64,000 bases of DNA from an uncultured Halopseudomonas sp. (GCA_964474945.1 CAYYUQ010000004.1:159-64158), one strand, 5' to 3'; shown: positions 10,881 through 21,531, numbered from the stretch's first letter. The notes: generated by a model not told the origin, from the letters alone. Numbers and translations: made by a program.

Positions 10881-12293
10881 ATGAGCGATAAGATTCCCGT
10901 CAAAAATGTCACCCCTGACAAGATCGAATCAGTAGATCTGTATGCCAAGCGCGAGGCTATCCATACGCGCTCATACAAGGGGTTCTTCAAGAACATCCGC
11001 CTGATCAGCGTGGCATTGCTGTTTCTGCTGTTCTTCGGCACTGTCTGGCTGAAAGTCGATGGCCGCCAGGCCGTCCTCTGGGATCTCCCCGCCCGCCAGT
11101 TCCATATCTTTGGCGCCATCTTCCAGCCCCAGGACTTCTTTCTGCTGTCCTTTCTGCTGATCATCTGTGCCTTCGGCCTGTTCTTCATTACCACCTTTGC
11201 CGGCCGTATCTGGTGTGGCTACACCTGTCCGCAAACCGTGTGGACATGGATTTTCATGTGGGCTGAGCGCGTTACTGAAGGCGAGCGTAACGCCCGCTTC
11301 AAGCTTGACGCCGCCCCCATGAGCGCCAACAAGTTTCTGCGCCGCAGCGCCAAGCATGCACTCTGGCTCGGCGTGTCGCTGCTCACTGCGTTGACCTTCG
11401 TCGGCTACTTCACACCGATCCGTGGTCTGCTGGTGGATCTGGCGACCTTTAACCTGAACAACTGGGCTGCGTTCTGGCTGTTCTTCTTTACCGCTGCCAC
11501 CTATATCAATGCCGGCTGGCTACGCGAGCAGGTGTGCTTTTACATGTGCCCCTACGCTCGCTTCCAGAGTGTGATGTTCGACAAGGACACCATGGTCGTA
11601 ACCTACGACTACAACCGTGGCGAGCAACGCGGCCCACGGAAGAAGGATGCCGACCTGGAGCAGCTGGGACTCGGTGATTGCATCGACTGCACCATGTGTG
11701 TCCAGGTCTGCCCCACCGGTATTGATATCCGTGACGGCCTGCAATTCGAGTGCATCCAGTGCGCCGCCTGTGTCGATGCCTGTGACGAGGTCATGGACAA
11801 GATGGGCTATGAGCGCGGCCTGATCCGTTACACCACCGAGCACAACATGGCCGGCCAGAAGACCCGCATCCTGCGCCCGCGCCTGATCGGTTACGGCTCG
11901 GCGCTGACCATCATGATTACCATGTTCATCGTAACGCTGAGCAACCTGGCCCAGGTCAGCCTTGACGTCGAGCGCGACCGAAATGTTCTGTATCGGGAAG
12001 CCCGTGGCGGCAATATCGAAAACGTGTACATAATCAAGGTCATGAACAAGGGCCAGGAGCCCCGCTCGTTCAATCTGACGGTCGAAGGCCACCCGGAACT
12101 GAGTCTGGAGATGCAAGCCAACCGCCTGACGGTCGAACCCAGCAGCCTGCTGCAGGTACCCGTCAATGTGCAGCTGGATCCGGCCTTCATGCAAGGAACC
12201 AATATACCCATCACCTTTACAGTTACCGCGGCAGATGATGACAGCATTTCGGCCACCTCCGAAAGCCGATTCATGGGCCCGATCCTGAGGTAA
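10881..12293 (+). CDS. ccoG: cbb3 accessory polyferredoxin / cupric reductase
   Basis: WCGYTCPQT, CFYMCPY, CIDCTMCVQVCP and CIQCAACVDAC. Confidence 0.96.
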   Translation: MSDKIPVKNVTPDKIESVDLYAKREAIHTRSYKGFFKNIRLISVALLFLLFFGTVWLKVDGRQAVLWDLPARQFHIFGAIFQPQDFFLLSFLLIICAFGLFFITTFAGRIWCGYTCPQTVWTWIFMWAERVTEGERNARFKLDAAPMSANKFLRRSAKHALWLGVSLLTALTFVGYFTPIRGLLVDLATFNLNNWAAFWLFFFTAATYINAGWLREQVCFYMCPYARFQSVMFDKDTMVVTYDYNRGEQRGPRKKDADLEQLGLGDCIDCTMCVQVCPTGIDIRDGLQFECIQCAACVDACDEVMDKMGYERGLIRYTTEHNMAGQKTRILRPRLIGYGSALTIMITMFIVTLSNLAQVSLDVERDRNVLYREARGGNIENVYIIKVMNKGQEPRSFNLTVEGHPELSLEMQANRLTVEPSSLLQVPVNVQLDPAFMQGTNIPITFTVTAADDDSISATSESRFMGPILR

Positions 12294-12297
12294 TACG

Positions 12298-12813
12298 ATG
12301 CAGCACGACAACGACATACCACCTTGGTACAAGCAGTTCTGGCCGTGGTTCCTGATCAGTATTCTGGTGTTTGCCGTGGTCATTGGCATGGGGCTGCTGT
12401 ATGTCTCCCTGCTCAATCCGGACAGCATGGTGCGCGACAACTACTACAAGGAAGGTCGCGCCATTAACATGCACCTGGGTCGTGATCATCTGGCCAGAGA
12501 GCTGGAGCTTCAGGCGCAGTTCAGCATTGATGAGCTGACCGGTGACGTGGCATTGCAACTGGATGGCAAGCTGGAGCAATTGCCATCCAGTTTGCTGCTG
12601 GAGATCATGTCCCCGACCCATGCCGAGCGTGACCGCAGCGTGCAATTGCGGCAGATTTCCGCCAATCACTACGCAGGTCAAATGCCCAGCAGCATCCAGG
12701 GCCGTCACTACATCGACCTGAGCGACCCGACCAGGCCGGGCGAGGACGGCTGGCGCCTGACTGGAGAGGTTACGCTGGTGATGGGACAGCAACACCAACT
12801 CAGCGCCCACTAG
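12298..12813 (+). CDS. ccoH: FixH/CcoH family protein
   Basis: PWYKQFWPWFLI, DNYYKEG and operon position. Confidence 0.92.
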   Translation: MQHDNDIPPWYKQFWPWFLISILVFAVVIGMGLLYVSLLNPDSMVRDNYYKEGRAINMHLGRDHLARELELQAQFSIDELTGDVALQLDGKLEQLPSSLLLEIMSPTHAERDRSVQLRQISANHYAGQMPSSIQGRHYIDLSDPTRPGEDGWRLTGEVTLVMGQQHQLSAH

Positions 12814-12816
12814 GCC

Positions 12817-15270
12817 ATGGCTCAACCCCTTCCCTGTTACCACTGCGGCGAGCCGGTTCCGGCTGGCTCCCGCTGGTGCGTTACGCTTCTTGGTGAACCG
12901 CGCGATATGTGCTGCCCTGGTTGCCAGGCGGTAGCCGAAGCCATCGTCGCCGGGGGACTGGAATCCTATTACAGCCACCGCACTGAACCTTCGATCAACC
13001 CGGAAGCCCTGCCCCGCACCTTGCAGGACGAACTGGAGATGCTCGATCGCAGTGACGTGCAGCAGCGCTACGTACAAAGCGAAGGGGAGCTGCAACATAT
13101 CCAATTGCTTATCGAGGGCATCAGCTGCGCTGCCTGCGGCTGGCTGATCGAACGCCGTCTCAAGCAATTACCCGGGGTCAACGAAGCGAGCCTCAACCTG
13201 GGCAATAATCGTCTGTCGCTGAGCTGGAGCGCGCAGACGACCAAACTGTCCGCGCTGCTCGCGGAGATCAAACGCATTGGTTACATCGGTCATCCCTATG
13301 AACCTGATCTGGCCAGCGCCCAGATCGCTGACGAGAACCGTCGCTACCTGCGTCGGCTGGGCCTGGCAGGCTTGATGTTCATGCAAGTGATGATGGCAAC
13401 CATGGCCTTGTGGGATGGCTTCAACCAGGACGTTACACCCCAGATGGCTGCCACCTTGCGCTGGGCAGCACTGCTGATGACCACACCGGTCGTGCTCTAC
13501 AGCTGCATCCCCTTCTTCAAGGGTGCCTGGCGGGATTTGAAAAACCGTCAGTTGAGCATGGATGTGTCCGTCTCACTGGCGATAGGTGCCACCTACCTGG
13601 CTGGCATCTGGGCAACCCTCACCGGGAAAGGTGAAATTTATTTCGATTCCGTCGTCATGTTTGCTTTCTTCCTGCTGGCGGGCCGCTATCTTGAGCGCCG
13701 CGCGCGCCAACGCACGGTAGAGAGCACAGCGCGGCTGGTTAATCTGCTGCCACCCAGCACCCTGCGCGTCGAGGCCGATGGCCAGACCCAACGGATCATG
13801 CTGGACGACGTGCGTCCAGGCGATCTGCTGGAGGTCAAACCCGGGGAAAGCATTCCGGCCGACGGGGTCATTATTACCGGGGTCAGCAGCATTGATGAAT
13901 CTGCCCTGTCCGGAGAATATCTGCCGCTGGCCAAACAGGTTGGTGACAGGGTCACGGCGGGCACCTTGAACGTGGAAGGCCCGTTGCAGATCCAGGTTAA
14001 CGCTGTGGGCGAGCAGACCCGTCTGTCCGCTATCGTCCGACTACTGGATCGAGCGCAGTCGGACAAACCTCGACTGGCCCGCCTGGCCGACCGGGTAGCA
14101 CAGTACTTTCTGATGGTGGTTCTGCTATCCATTCTGGTAGTGGGCGCCGCCTGGTGGTGGCTGGTCAGTGGCGAGCGCGCATTCTGGATCATTATCGCCA
14201 TGCTGGTCGCCGCCTGCCCCTGCGCCCTGTCGCTGGCCACACCCACCGCGCTGACCACCGCCACCGGCAGCCTGCACAAATTGGGCCTGCTGATAACCCG
14301 GGGGCATGTGCTGGAAGTGTTGAATCGGATAGATACCGTGGTGCTCGACAAGACCGGCACCCTGACCGAAGGTCGCATGACGCTGGAGCGCATTGAAGCC
14401 TTTGCCGGACAGGATGGCGAACTGGCGCTGCAGCATGCGCGCATGATCGAATCCTGCTCCGAACACCCCATTGCCCGGGCTTTTGGCCGCAGCGCCAGCC
14501 AGGCACAGGATGTGGTAAACCACCCTGGTCTGGGCATGGAAGGCCGTTGCGATGGTCGTTTGTTGCGTATCGGCAAGCCGGCCTTTGTCGCCGAACTGGG
14601 CAACTGGCCAGCGCCAGCGCTACCCGAAGCAGCCGGACAATGGTTGCTGCTCGGCGACGCAGAGCAGCCCATCGCCTGGTTCGTCCTGAATGATCGCCTG
14701 CGCAACGATGCCGGCGCAATGGTCGCCTCGCTCAAACAGCGCGGCATGCGCATTATCCTGCTGTCCGGCGACCACTCTCCGGTGGTTGAGCACATGGCCA
14801 GGCAGCTGGGCATCGACGAAGCAATCGGCAATGCTGCCCCGGCTGACAAACTGGCGTTTGTGCAACATCTTCAAAGCCAGGGTGCCAAGGTATTGATGCT
14901 TGGCGACGGAGTGAATGATGTGCCGGTTCTGGCCAGCGCGGATATATCGGTAGCCATGGGCGATGCGTCCGATCTGGCCAAGACCAGCGCAGACGCCGTT
15001 CTGCTCAGCAGTCATCTGGCAGTACTCGATGAGGCCTTTGATGTGGCCAGCCGTACCCGCAACATCATGATTCAGAACCTGTTCTGGGCCAGCGCCTATA
15101 ATTTCGGCATATTGCCGTTGGCTGCCATCGGCCTGGTCACCCCAGCGCTGGCTGCGGCGGGCATGTCTGCCAGCTCCTTGCTGGTGGTACTCAACGCACT
15201 GCGCTTGACCAACCTGCCACGCCGTCGCCAAGCTGTTGTTGGCAGGCCCTTACAAGAGCAATCCGCATGA
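12817..15270 (+). CDS. ccoI: Cu-translocating P1B-ATPase for cbb3 assembly
   Basis: CYHC/CCPGC N-terminus, HMA CAAC, CPCAL, DKTGTLT and GDGVND. Confidence 0.96.
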   Translation: MAQPLPCYHCGEPVPAGSRWCVTLLGEPRDMCCPGCQAVAEAIVAGGLESYYSHRTEPSINPEALPRTLQDELEMLDRSDVQQRYVQSEGELQHIQLLIEGISCAACGWLIERRLKQLPGVNEASLNLGNNRLSLSWSAQTTKLSALLAEIKRIGYIGHPYEPDLASAQIADENRRYLRRLGLAGLMFMQVMMATMALWDGFNQDVTPQMAATLRWAALLMTTPVVLYSCIPFFKGAWRDLKNRQLSMDVSVSLAIGATYLAGIWATLTGKGEIYFDSVVMFAFFLLAGRYLERRARQRTVESTARLVNLLPPSTLRVEADGQTQRIMLDDVRPGDLLEVKPGESIPADGVIITGVSSIDESALSGEYLPLAKQVGDRVTAGTLNVEGPLQIQVNAVGEQTRLSAIVRLLDRAQSDKPRLARLADRVAQYFLMVVLLSILVVGAAWWWLVSGERAFWIIIAMLVAACPCALSLATPTALTTATGSLHKLGLLITRGHVLEVLNRIDTVVLDKTGTLTEGRMTLERIEAFAGQDGELALQHARMIESCSEHPIARAFGRSASQAQDVVNHPGLGMEGRCDGRLLRIGKPAFVAELGNWPAPALPEAAGQWLLLGDAEQPIAWFVLNDRLRNDAGAMVASLKQRGMRIILLSGDHSPVVEHMARQLGIDEAIGNAAPADKLAFVQHLQSQGAKVLMLGDGVNDVPVLASADISVAMGDASDLAKTSADAVLLSSHLAVLDEAFDVASRTRNIMIQNLFWASAYNFGILPLAAIGLVTPALAAAGMSASSLLVVLNALRLTNLPRRRQAVVGRPLQEQSA

Positions 15271-15491
15271 CTGTGCTTTATATCCTGATACCGGTTGCCA
15301 TCGTTCTGGTGGTGATCGCCATCCTGGTGTTCAACTGGGCAGTCAATAGCGGCCAGTACGATGATCTTGACGGACCGGCCCATAGCATCCTGTTCGATGA
15401 CGAAGAGCCCATTCCATCAGCCGCTGAGCGCGACACCACGCCTACCCCACCGGATGAGCAGGCGCGCAAACCGTCGGACGACCAGGCGTGA
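15267..15491 (+). CDS. ccoS: cbb3 assembly protein
   Basis: N-terminal TM followed by WAVNSGQYDDLDGPAHSILFDD. Confidence 0.93.
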   Translation: MTVLYILIPVAIVLVVIAILVFNWAVNSGQYDDLDGPAHSILFDDEEPIPSAAERDTTPTPPDEQARKPSDDQA

Positions 15492-16207
15492 GCATGGATC
15501 TGCTGCCACTGTTTCTCACTGCTCTGGCACTGGGCCTGTTGGGCGGGGGCCATTGCATCGGCATGTGCGGCGGGCTGATGGGCGCGCTGACCATGGCCAT
15601 TCCGGCAGAACAACGCCACGGCTGGAGGCTCTGGCGCGTACTGCTGGGCTATAATCTGGGTCGCATTGCCAGTTACACGGTGGCCGGCGCCCTGCTTGGC
15701 AGTCTGGGCTGGCTGATTCAGGATCTCGGGCTGGGCAAACCGCTGCGCATTCTCGCGGGGCTGCTGATGATCGCCATGGGTCTGTACCTGGCTAACTGGT
15801 GGTCTGGCCTGACGCGCATCGAACGACTCGGTCGGGGATTATGGAAGCACATTGAGCCCAGAGCACGTAAATTGCTGCCGGTTACCCGCATGCCACAGGC
15901 CATATTGCTCGGTTCGCTGTGGGGGTGGTTGCCCTGCGGCCTGGTTTACAGCAGCCTGATCTGGGCCAGTAGTCAGGGCGAAACGGCGCTTTCCGCCGGG
16001 CTGATGGCCGCGTTCGGCCTGGGTACGCTGCCAACCCTGCTGGCAACCGGTTTGCTGGCCAATCGCATGATGGCTATCCTGCGTAAGCGTGCCGTACGGA
16101 TTACCGCCGGCGTATTGATTATCCTGTTCGGCATCTGGACTATTCCAGGCCCACATACTGCCTGGATGGCAGGCGGACACAGCTCCGCCACGCATTCTGC
16201 CCACTGA
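15488..16207 (+). CDS. DsbD_2/TauE-like membrane protein (cbb3 cluster)
   Basis: HCIGMCGG, YNLGRIASY, GWLPCGLVY and FGLGTLP. Confidence 0.88.
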   Translation: MSMDLLPLFLTALALGLLGGGHCIGMCGGLMGALTMAIPAEQRHGWRLWRVLLGYNLGRIASYTVAGALLGSLGWLIQDLGLGKPLRILAGLLMIAMGLYLANWWSGLTRIERLGRGLWKHIEPRARKLLPVTRMPQAILLGSLWGWLPCGLVYSSLIWASSQGETALSAGLMAAFGLGTLPTLLATGLLANRMMAILRKRAVRITAGVLIILFGIWTIPGPHTAWMAGGHSSATHSAH

Positions 16208-16299
16208 TGGCCCAGCAATGATAGAATGTTTTTTCTGTCCGCGCCCGTATGTGTGGCCCACCCATTGGTCACGCCGTCGCCAACGAGGATCCGATTTCC

Positions 16300-17028
16300 A
16301 TGTCCAACGCCACACCTTTGCTTCAACGCGAAGCTCATTGCAAGGATTGCAGTCTGGCTTGTATGTGTCTGCCGATCTCATTGCGTGCTGATGAAATGGA
16401 CGCGCTTGATCGCATCGTCAAGCGCAGTCGCCCCATCCGCAAGGGTGAAGTGCTGTTTCGTCAGGGTGACGAGTTCGCTTCTATTTTTGCCCTGCGTAGC
16501 GGCGCCATCAAGACCTATGGCCTGTCCGATGGCGGCGATGAACAGATCACCGGCTTTCACCTGGCTGGGGAACTGATCGGCATGTCCGGGATGGACACTG
16601 GTCGCTACACAGTGACCGCTCTGGCGCTGGAAACCACCTCGGCCTGTGAAATCCCCTTCGACAATCTGGATGAGCTGACCGCCGTTCTGCCGCAACTGCG
16701 CAAACAGCTGATGCGGCTGATGAGCCGCGAACTGCGTGAAGACCAGGAGATGATGCTACTGCTGTCGCGCAAGAATGCGGATCAGCGCATCGCCACGCTG
16801 CTGATCAACCTCTCTGCCCGTTTTCGCGCCCGCGGCTATTCGGCCAAGGCGTTCCGTCTGGCCATGTCGCGTAACGAAATCGGCAACTATCTGGGGTTGG
16901 CGGTAGAGACCGTTTCCCGAGTATTCACCCGGTTTCAGCAGCAGGGACTGATTGTCGCGGAAGGCAAGCAGATCGAAATTATCGACTATATTCAACTCTG
17001 CGCCCTGGCTGGTGGTCAGGCGGAGTGA
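16300..17028 (+). CDS. anr: FNR-family O2-sensing regulator Anr
   Basis: N-terminal Cys cluster CKDCSLACMC, central Cys (ACEIPF) and HTH LGLAVETVSR. Confidence 0.95.
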   Translation: MSNATPLLQREAHCKDCSLACMCLPISLRADEMDALDRIVKRSRPIRKGEVLFRQGDEFASIFALRSGAIKTYGLSDGGDEQITGFHLAGELIGMSGMDTGRYTVTALALETTSACEIPFDNLDELTAVLPQLRKQLMRLMSRELREDQEMMLLLSRKNADQRIATLLINLSARFRARGYSAKAFRLAMSRNEIGNYLGLAVETVSRVFTRFQQQGLIVAEGKQIEIIDYIQLCALAGGQAE

Positions 17029-17050
17029 GTTCTCCCAGGAATGATTATTC

Positions 17051-17596
17051 ATGATATTTGACGAATTCACGATCAAGTCCCTGATCCGCCCGGTTCCAGG
17101 CTTTCCCCGGGATGGCGTGACCTTCCGCGATATAACTCCACTGTACCAATCCCCTCGCGCGGTGCGCATGGTGAACGACAGCCTTATACAGCGCTACGTT
17201 GAGTCGCCCATCACCCACATTGGTGCCATTGACGCCCGCGGCTTTCTGCTGGGCTCTGTACTGGCCTACGAACTGAACAAACCGCTGGTGCTGTTCCGCA
17301 AGGCCGGAAAATTGCCTGCCGGCTGCATCAGCGCTGCTTACAGCACCGAATATGGCGAAGCCCGAATAGAAGTGCACCGCGACGCCCTGCATGAAGGCGA
17401 TCAGATCCTGATCATAGATGACCTGATCGCCACCGGTGGTACCTTCCTGGCCGCCGCTCAATTGGTCGATCAGCTGGGTGCGCAGGTATACGAAGCCGCT
17501 GCCATCATCGACCTGCCGGATCTCGGGGGCAGTCGCCTGATGCAGGACGCCGGCATCGCCACCTTTACGCTTTGCGCCTTCGAAGAGAACGAGTAA
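17051..17596 (+). CDS. apt: Adenine phosphoribosyltransferase
   Basis: FRDITPL, RKAGKLP, TEYG and the PRPP motif [11 protein letters not shown]. Confidence 0.95.
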   Translation: MIFDEFTIKSLIRPVPGFPRDGVTFRDITPLYQSPRAVRMVNDSLIQRYVESPITHIGAIDARGFLLGSVLAYELNKPLVLFRKAGKLPAGCISAAYSTEYGEARIEVHRDALHEGDQILIIDDLIATGGTFLAAAQLVDQLGAQVYEAAAIIDLPDLGGSRLMQDAGIATFTLCAFEENE

Positions 17597-17600
17597 TCCC

Positions 17601-18797
17601 ATGCCCGGCGCGACCGCCACTCCCGAGCTGATCGCCCGGGGGTCACCTGCTTTCCATCGTGCCAGCCTGGCACTGGTGATTGCCTCATTGGTGATCTTTG
17701 GCAATCTGTACGCCATTCACCCACTGCTGCCGCTGATCGCCGAGCATTACCAGGTGAGCACGCTGCAGGCCAGTAATGCCTTTACCCTCACCAGTCTGAC
17801 GCTGGGGCTATCGTTGTTGGTGCATGGCCCGCTGTCCGATGCGATCGGCCGCAGGGCGCCCTTGATTCTGGGTATGGCTCTCACTGGGCTACTGACCCTG
17901 AGCATCGCACTGGTCGACAGTTTCACTGCGCTGGTGTGGTTACGCGCCTTGCTGGGTATCGCTCTGGGTGTGCTGCCAGCCACAGCCATCGCCTACCTTG
18001 GCGACAGCATGCAACGTACCGCCGTCCTCAGCGCAGTTGGTTTGTATATCGGCGGCAATACCGTCGGTGGGGCCGGCGGACGCCTGCTCGGCGGGTTTAT
18101 TGCTGAGCATTTCGGCCTGCACAGCGTGTTTCTGGTCATTGGCAGCGCCAGTCTGGTCTGCACCCTGGTGGTATATCTGTTGTTGCCCCCAGCCCATGCC
18201 TTCAAACCACAACCGCTATCGCTCAGCGGCAGCCTGCGCACCTTCGCCAGTCATCTGAGCAATCGCGCCCTACTCCCGGCCTACCTGGTTGGCGGTTTGA
18301 ATTTCATGGTGTTCATCAACCTGTATACCTTCATCACCTTTCGCCTGAGTGCCGAGCCATGGCACCTGGGTGCAGGCAGTCTGGGCCTGCTGTTTCTGAC
18401 CTATCTGGCAGGCACCTTCTCCGCCAGCCTTTCCGGACGGGTAGGCACGGGCAGAGCCTGCAAGGGCATGGCGCTGGGTATAGTGCTGTTTGCGATGGGC
18501 TGCCTGATCACCCTGACCGATCAGCTATGGCTGATTATTGCCGGGTTGATCTGTAATGCCTTCGGCTTCTTCCTGACCCACTCGCTGGCCAACAGCTGGG
18601 TCAATCAGCATGCGGCCCACGGCAAGGCCAGCGCCTCATCGCTGTATTCGGTGTTCTACTACCTGGGCGCAGCGGTGGGGATCTATTACCTCGCACCGTT
18701 CTGGCGGCTGGCTGGTTGGCCGGCGGTCGTCGCCGGCAGTCTGTTGGTGCTGGCGGTCAACCTGGCGCTGATCGAGTATCTGCGTCGTCGCCAATAA
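17601..18797 (+). CDS. MFS transporter (YnfM-like)
   Basis: About 12 TM helices, GPLSDAIGRR, GLYIGGNTVGG and ASSLYSVFYYLG. Confidence 0.85.
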   Translation: MPGATATPELIARGSPAFHRASLALVIASLVIFGNLYAIHPLLPLIAEHYQVSTLQASNAFTLTSLTLGLSLLVHGPLSDAIGRRAPLILGMALTGLLTLSIALVDSFTALVWLRALLGIALGVLPATAIAYLGDSMQRTAVLSAVGLYIGGNTVGGAGGRLLGGFIAEHFGLHSVFLVIGSASLVCTLVVYLLLPPAHAFKPQPLSLSGSLRTFASHLSNRALLPAYLVGGLNFMVFINLYTFITFRLSAEPWHLGAGSLGLLFLTYLAGTFSASLSGRVGTGRACKGMALGIVLFAMGCLITLTDQLWLIIAGLICNAFGFFLTHSLANSWVNQHAAHGKASASSLYSVFYYLGAAVGIYYLAPFWRLAGWPAVVAGSLLVLAVNLALIEYLRRRQ

Positions 18798-18896
18798 CTG
18801 GACGTAGCCGGCCAGCTTACCTATCATCGCAGGCATAACAATCAGGTTCCATAAATGCACCCCTGCTTTCAGGGTGCAGCATGCAAGGAAACCGGA

Positions 18897-19541
18897 ATGC
18901 CCATAGCCACTCTGCCCCCCGATACTCGACTGTTGTTGATCGATGATCACCAGATTTATCTGGACGGCCTGACTCTGACACTGAACAACCTGTGTCAGGG
19001 CATTACTCTGGATCACGCACGCACCGCCGGCGAAGCGCTGGAGCAGGTTTCCCAGCACACTTATGACCTGATTCTGCTGGACTTGAATCTACCCGACGGC
19101 AATGGCCTGCATCTGCTGGATAAACTCCAGTCTATCGATTCCCTGACCCCAGTAGCCATTCTCACCGGCAGCAACAACCCCAGCGATGTGGATGCGGCAC
19201 TACGTGGTGGTGCGGCTGGCTTCATCAGTAAAACTGCTGATGGCCCGACCCTGGTCAGCGCCGCCTTGCGTCTGCTGTTTGGTGAACAGGTACTGATCGC
19301 CGACGACAGCCAACTGCTTGATCGCCGCGCAGTCGCCCGGGATCTGGGCATAACACCGCGCCAATTGGAAATTCTCGACCTGCTGGCCGAGGGCTTACCC
19401 AACAAGGTAATCTGCCAACGTTTGTCGTTATCAGAAGATACAGTCAAGACCCACCTCAAGGCTGTCTTTGCCGCGCTGGGCTGTCATAACCGTACCGAAT
19501 GCGTCAACACTGCCCGCAAGCACGGGCTGATCTGCAGCTGA
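18897..19541 (+). CDS. NarL/LuxR-family response regulator
   Basis: Receiver domain (IDDH, LLDLNLPDGNG, FISK) and LuxR HTH (TPRQLEIL..GLPNKVI..TVKTHL). Confidence 0.92.
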   Translation: MPIATLPPDTRLLLIDDHQIYLDGLTLTLNNLCQGITLDHARTAGEALEQVSQHTYDLILLDLNLPDGNGLHLLDKLQSIDSLTPVAILTGSNNPSDVDAALRGGAAGFISKTADGPTLVSAALRLLFGEQVLIADDSQLLDRRAVARDLGITPRQLEILDLLAEGLPNKVICQRLSLSEDTVKTHLKAVFAALGCHNRTECVNTARKHGLICS

Positions 19542-19546
19542 TATTT

Positions 19547-21337
19547 TCAGCAGCAGACGCGATTCAGCAAACCCTCTACCGCCCGACGTAACCGGGCGGG
19601 CAACACCGGCTTGTAGATGATGGAGACGTCGGCTTGCCGCGCGGCTTCTTCCAGCGCGTTGCTGGTATCAGCGGTAATCAGCACAGCCGTACCGTCATAA
19701 ATACCCTGCTCTCGCAATGCCACAATCAGCTCCAGGCCGTTCATTGGCCCTTCCAGGTGATAGTCAGTCAGCAGCAGATCAATTGGGCCACTCACCAACC
19801 CCTTTTCCAGTAGTTCGGCACCATCAGCATGACTGGCTACGGATAGGCCCCAATGGGTCAACAAGGTCTCCATCGCCTCTCGGTTAACCAGATCATTTTC
19901 CACCAATGCTACCCGCCCTTTCAGCGGCGCACCACTGCTGGCCGGCGCTGCCACCGGCTCAGCCTGCCATTGTCCCAGGGGCACTTCGACCCAGAAACTG
20001 GCCCCCTTGCCTGGCTCGGACTCCACCCCCGAGGGGTATTCCAGCAGGTGTTGCAGCTGACGGCAAATCGACAATCCCAGCCCCACGCCTTTTTCCAGTG
20101 TGCGCGCCGGGTTACGTAGCTGGGTAAACTCTTCAAAAATCGTCTGTTGTTCTTCCCGGCTCAACCCGGAGCCGTTATCAATGACCGCGATGCGCGCCTG
20201 CTCTTCCTGCTCGGTAACCTTCACTGTCACCCGGCTGCCCCCCGAATGCATCAGCGCGTTATTCAGGTAATTACGCACCAGGCGTTCCAGCAGTACCGGA
20301 TCGGTGTATACCGCGCAACGCGGGCGACATTGCAGCTGCAGCTCGATCCCCTTTTCCCCCGCCGCGCTCTCAAGGCTGTCGATCAGGCGATGCAACCAGC
20401 TATAAAGGTTGATATGCCGTAATTGCGGCCGCACCATGCCCACAGACAATCGGGAGATATCCAGCAACGAGGTCAACATCGCCTGCAATAGCTGAGAGGA
20501 CTCCGCCAGACGCCCTATGGTCTTGCGCGCTTCGGGATCACTGACTTTCTCCTGCAGGTGCTCGATGAACAGCGACATGGCATGCAGCGGCTGACGCAGG
20601 TCGTGACTGGCCGTCGCCAGAAAGCGGGTCTTGCCCTGGCTTTCGCGCTCCACGCGCATCCGCGCAGACTGAAGCAATTGCTCGTTGAGATAGGCGCGGC
20701 GCAGCATGTATTCATAGGCGAAGGCCACCACGCTGCCCATCAGGGTAAAACTGCACAGGAACAAGGCGATATTCAGCACCATTTCCCGCGGCGCGCCCAG
20801 CATCACTTCCCCTGCCAGATAGCAGATCAGAATAGCCCAGGAACAGAGTATCGAATGGCGGGCCGGCAAGCCGAGCAGAAAGGTGCCCGACAGCAGCACC
20901 AGATACAAGCCATCATGGGTGACAGGCACGCTCAACGGCTGGGTGCGGGCTAACAGGATGATGACGGCTACCGCCAGACCCACAGAAAAGTAGGCCAGCG
21001 TAGCCATGTTGAATGCGACCATCGGCCTGATCTTCTCCGGGCGATTGGCGAACCACAGGGAGAAAGCCACCAGCACCAGTACCGCCGTACGTATCGGAAT
21101 GGTTATGCTGTGCAGGTCAGGCGGCAGAAAACGATAATCTACCCAGAAGAACAGCAGCATGAAGCCGATGCTGGATAGGGCTACCGGCCACAGTCGCCCG
21201 CGCATCTTGCGGTGCATATAGACCTGAAAGTCATCTTCCAGCAGCGACGTAAAACGCAAGCGCCCCAGACGGTGACGCTGGGCCAACAGCGCTGGCTCAT
21301 CCAGCGGATCGGCTGGCACTGTGGCGGCTTCAATCAT
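19547..21337 (-). CDS. Membrane-bound hybrid sensor histidine kinase
   Basis: Multi-TM N-terminus, H-box ASHDLRQP, N/G boxes (NNALMH, DNGSG, GVGLGL) and a C-terminal receiver (LTDYHL). Confidence 0.92.
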   Translation of the reverse strand: MIEAATVPADPLDEPALLAQRHRLGRLRFTSLLEDDFQVYMHRKMRGRLWPVALSSIGFMLLFFWVDYRFLPPDLHSITIPIRTAVLVLVAFSLWFANRPEKIRPMVAFNMATLAYFSVGLAVAVIILLARTQPLSVPVTHDGLYLVLLSGTFLLGLPARHSILCSWAILICYLAGEVMLGAPREMVLNIALFLCSFTLMGSVVAFAYEYMLRRAYLNEQLLQSARMRVERESQGKTRFLATASHDLRQPLHAMSLFIEHLQEKVSDPEARKTIGRLAESSQLLQAMLTSLLDISRLSVGMVRPQLRHINLYSWLHRLIDSLESAAGEKGIELQLQCRPRCAVYTDPVLLERLVRNYLNNALMHSGGSRVTVKVTEQEEQARIAVIDNGSGLSREEQQTIFEEFTQLRNPARTLEKGVGLGLSICRQLQHLLEYPSGVESEPGKGASFWVEVPLGQWQAEPVAAPASSGAPLKGRVALVENDLVNREAMETLLTHWGLSVASHADGAELLEKGLVSGPIDLLLTDYHLEGPMNGLELIVALREQGIYDGTAVLITADTSNALEEAARQADVSIIYKPVLPARLRRAVEGLLNRVCC

Positions 21338-21531
21338 CTTGTTATTATCCTTGATTCGCGCTCGGCCTCCAGCCTACGCGGTTTCCCATATCACAACCAT
21401 ATGCTGCACCGATCAGTGGCGCAGCTGATAACGCAGCATCACCCACATATAGCCCGGTTGACCCGAGCAGTCACGCTCTGCATGCTAAAGTTCATTGATC
21501 ACCTGGGCCTTTTCCGTTGGGAGTGTTATTC

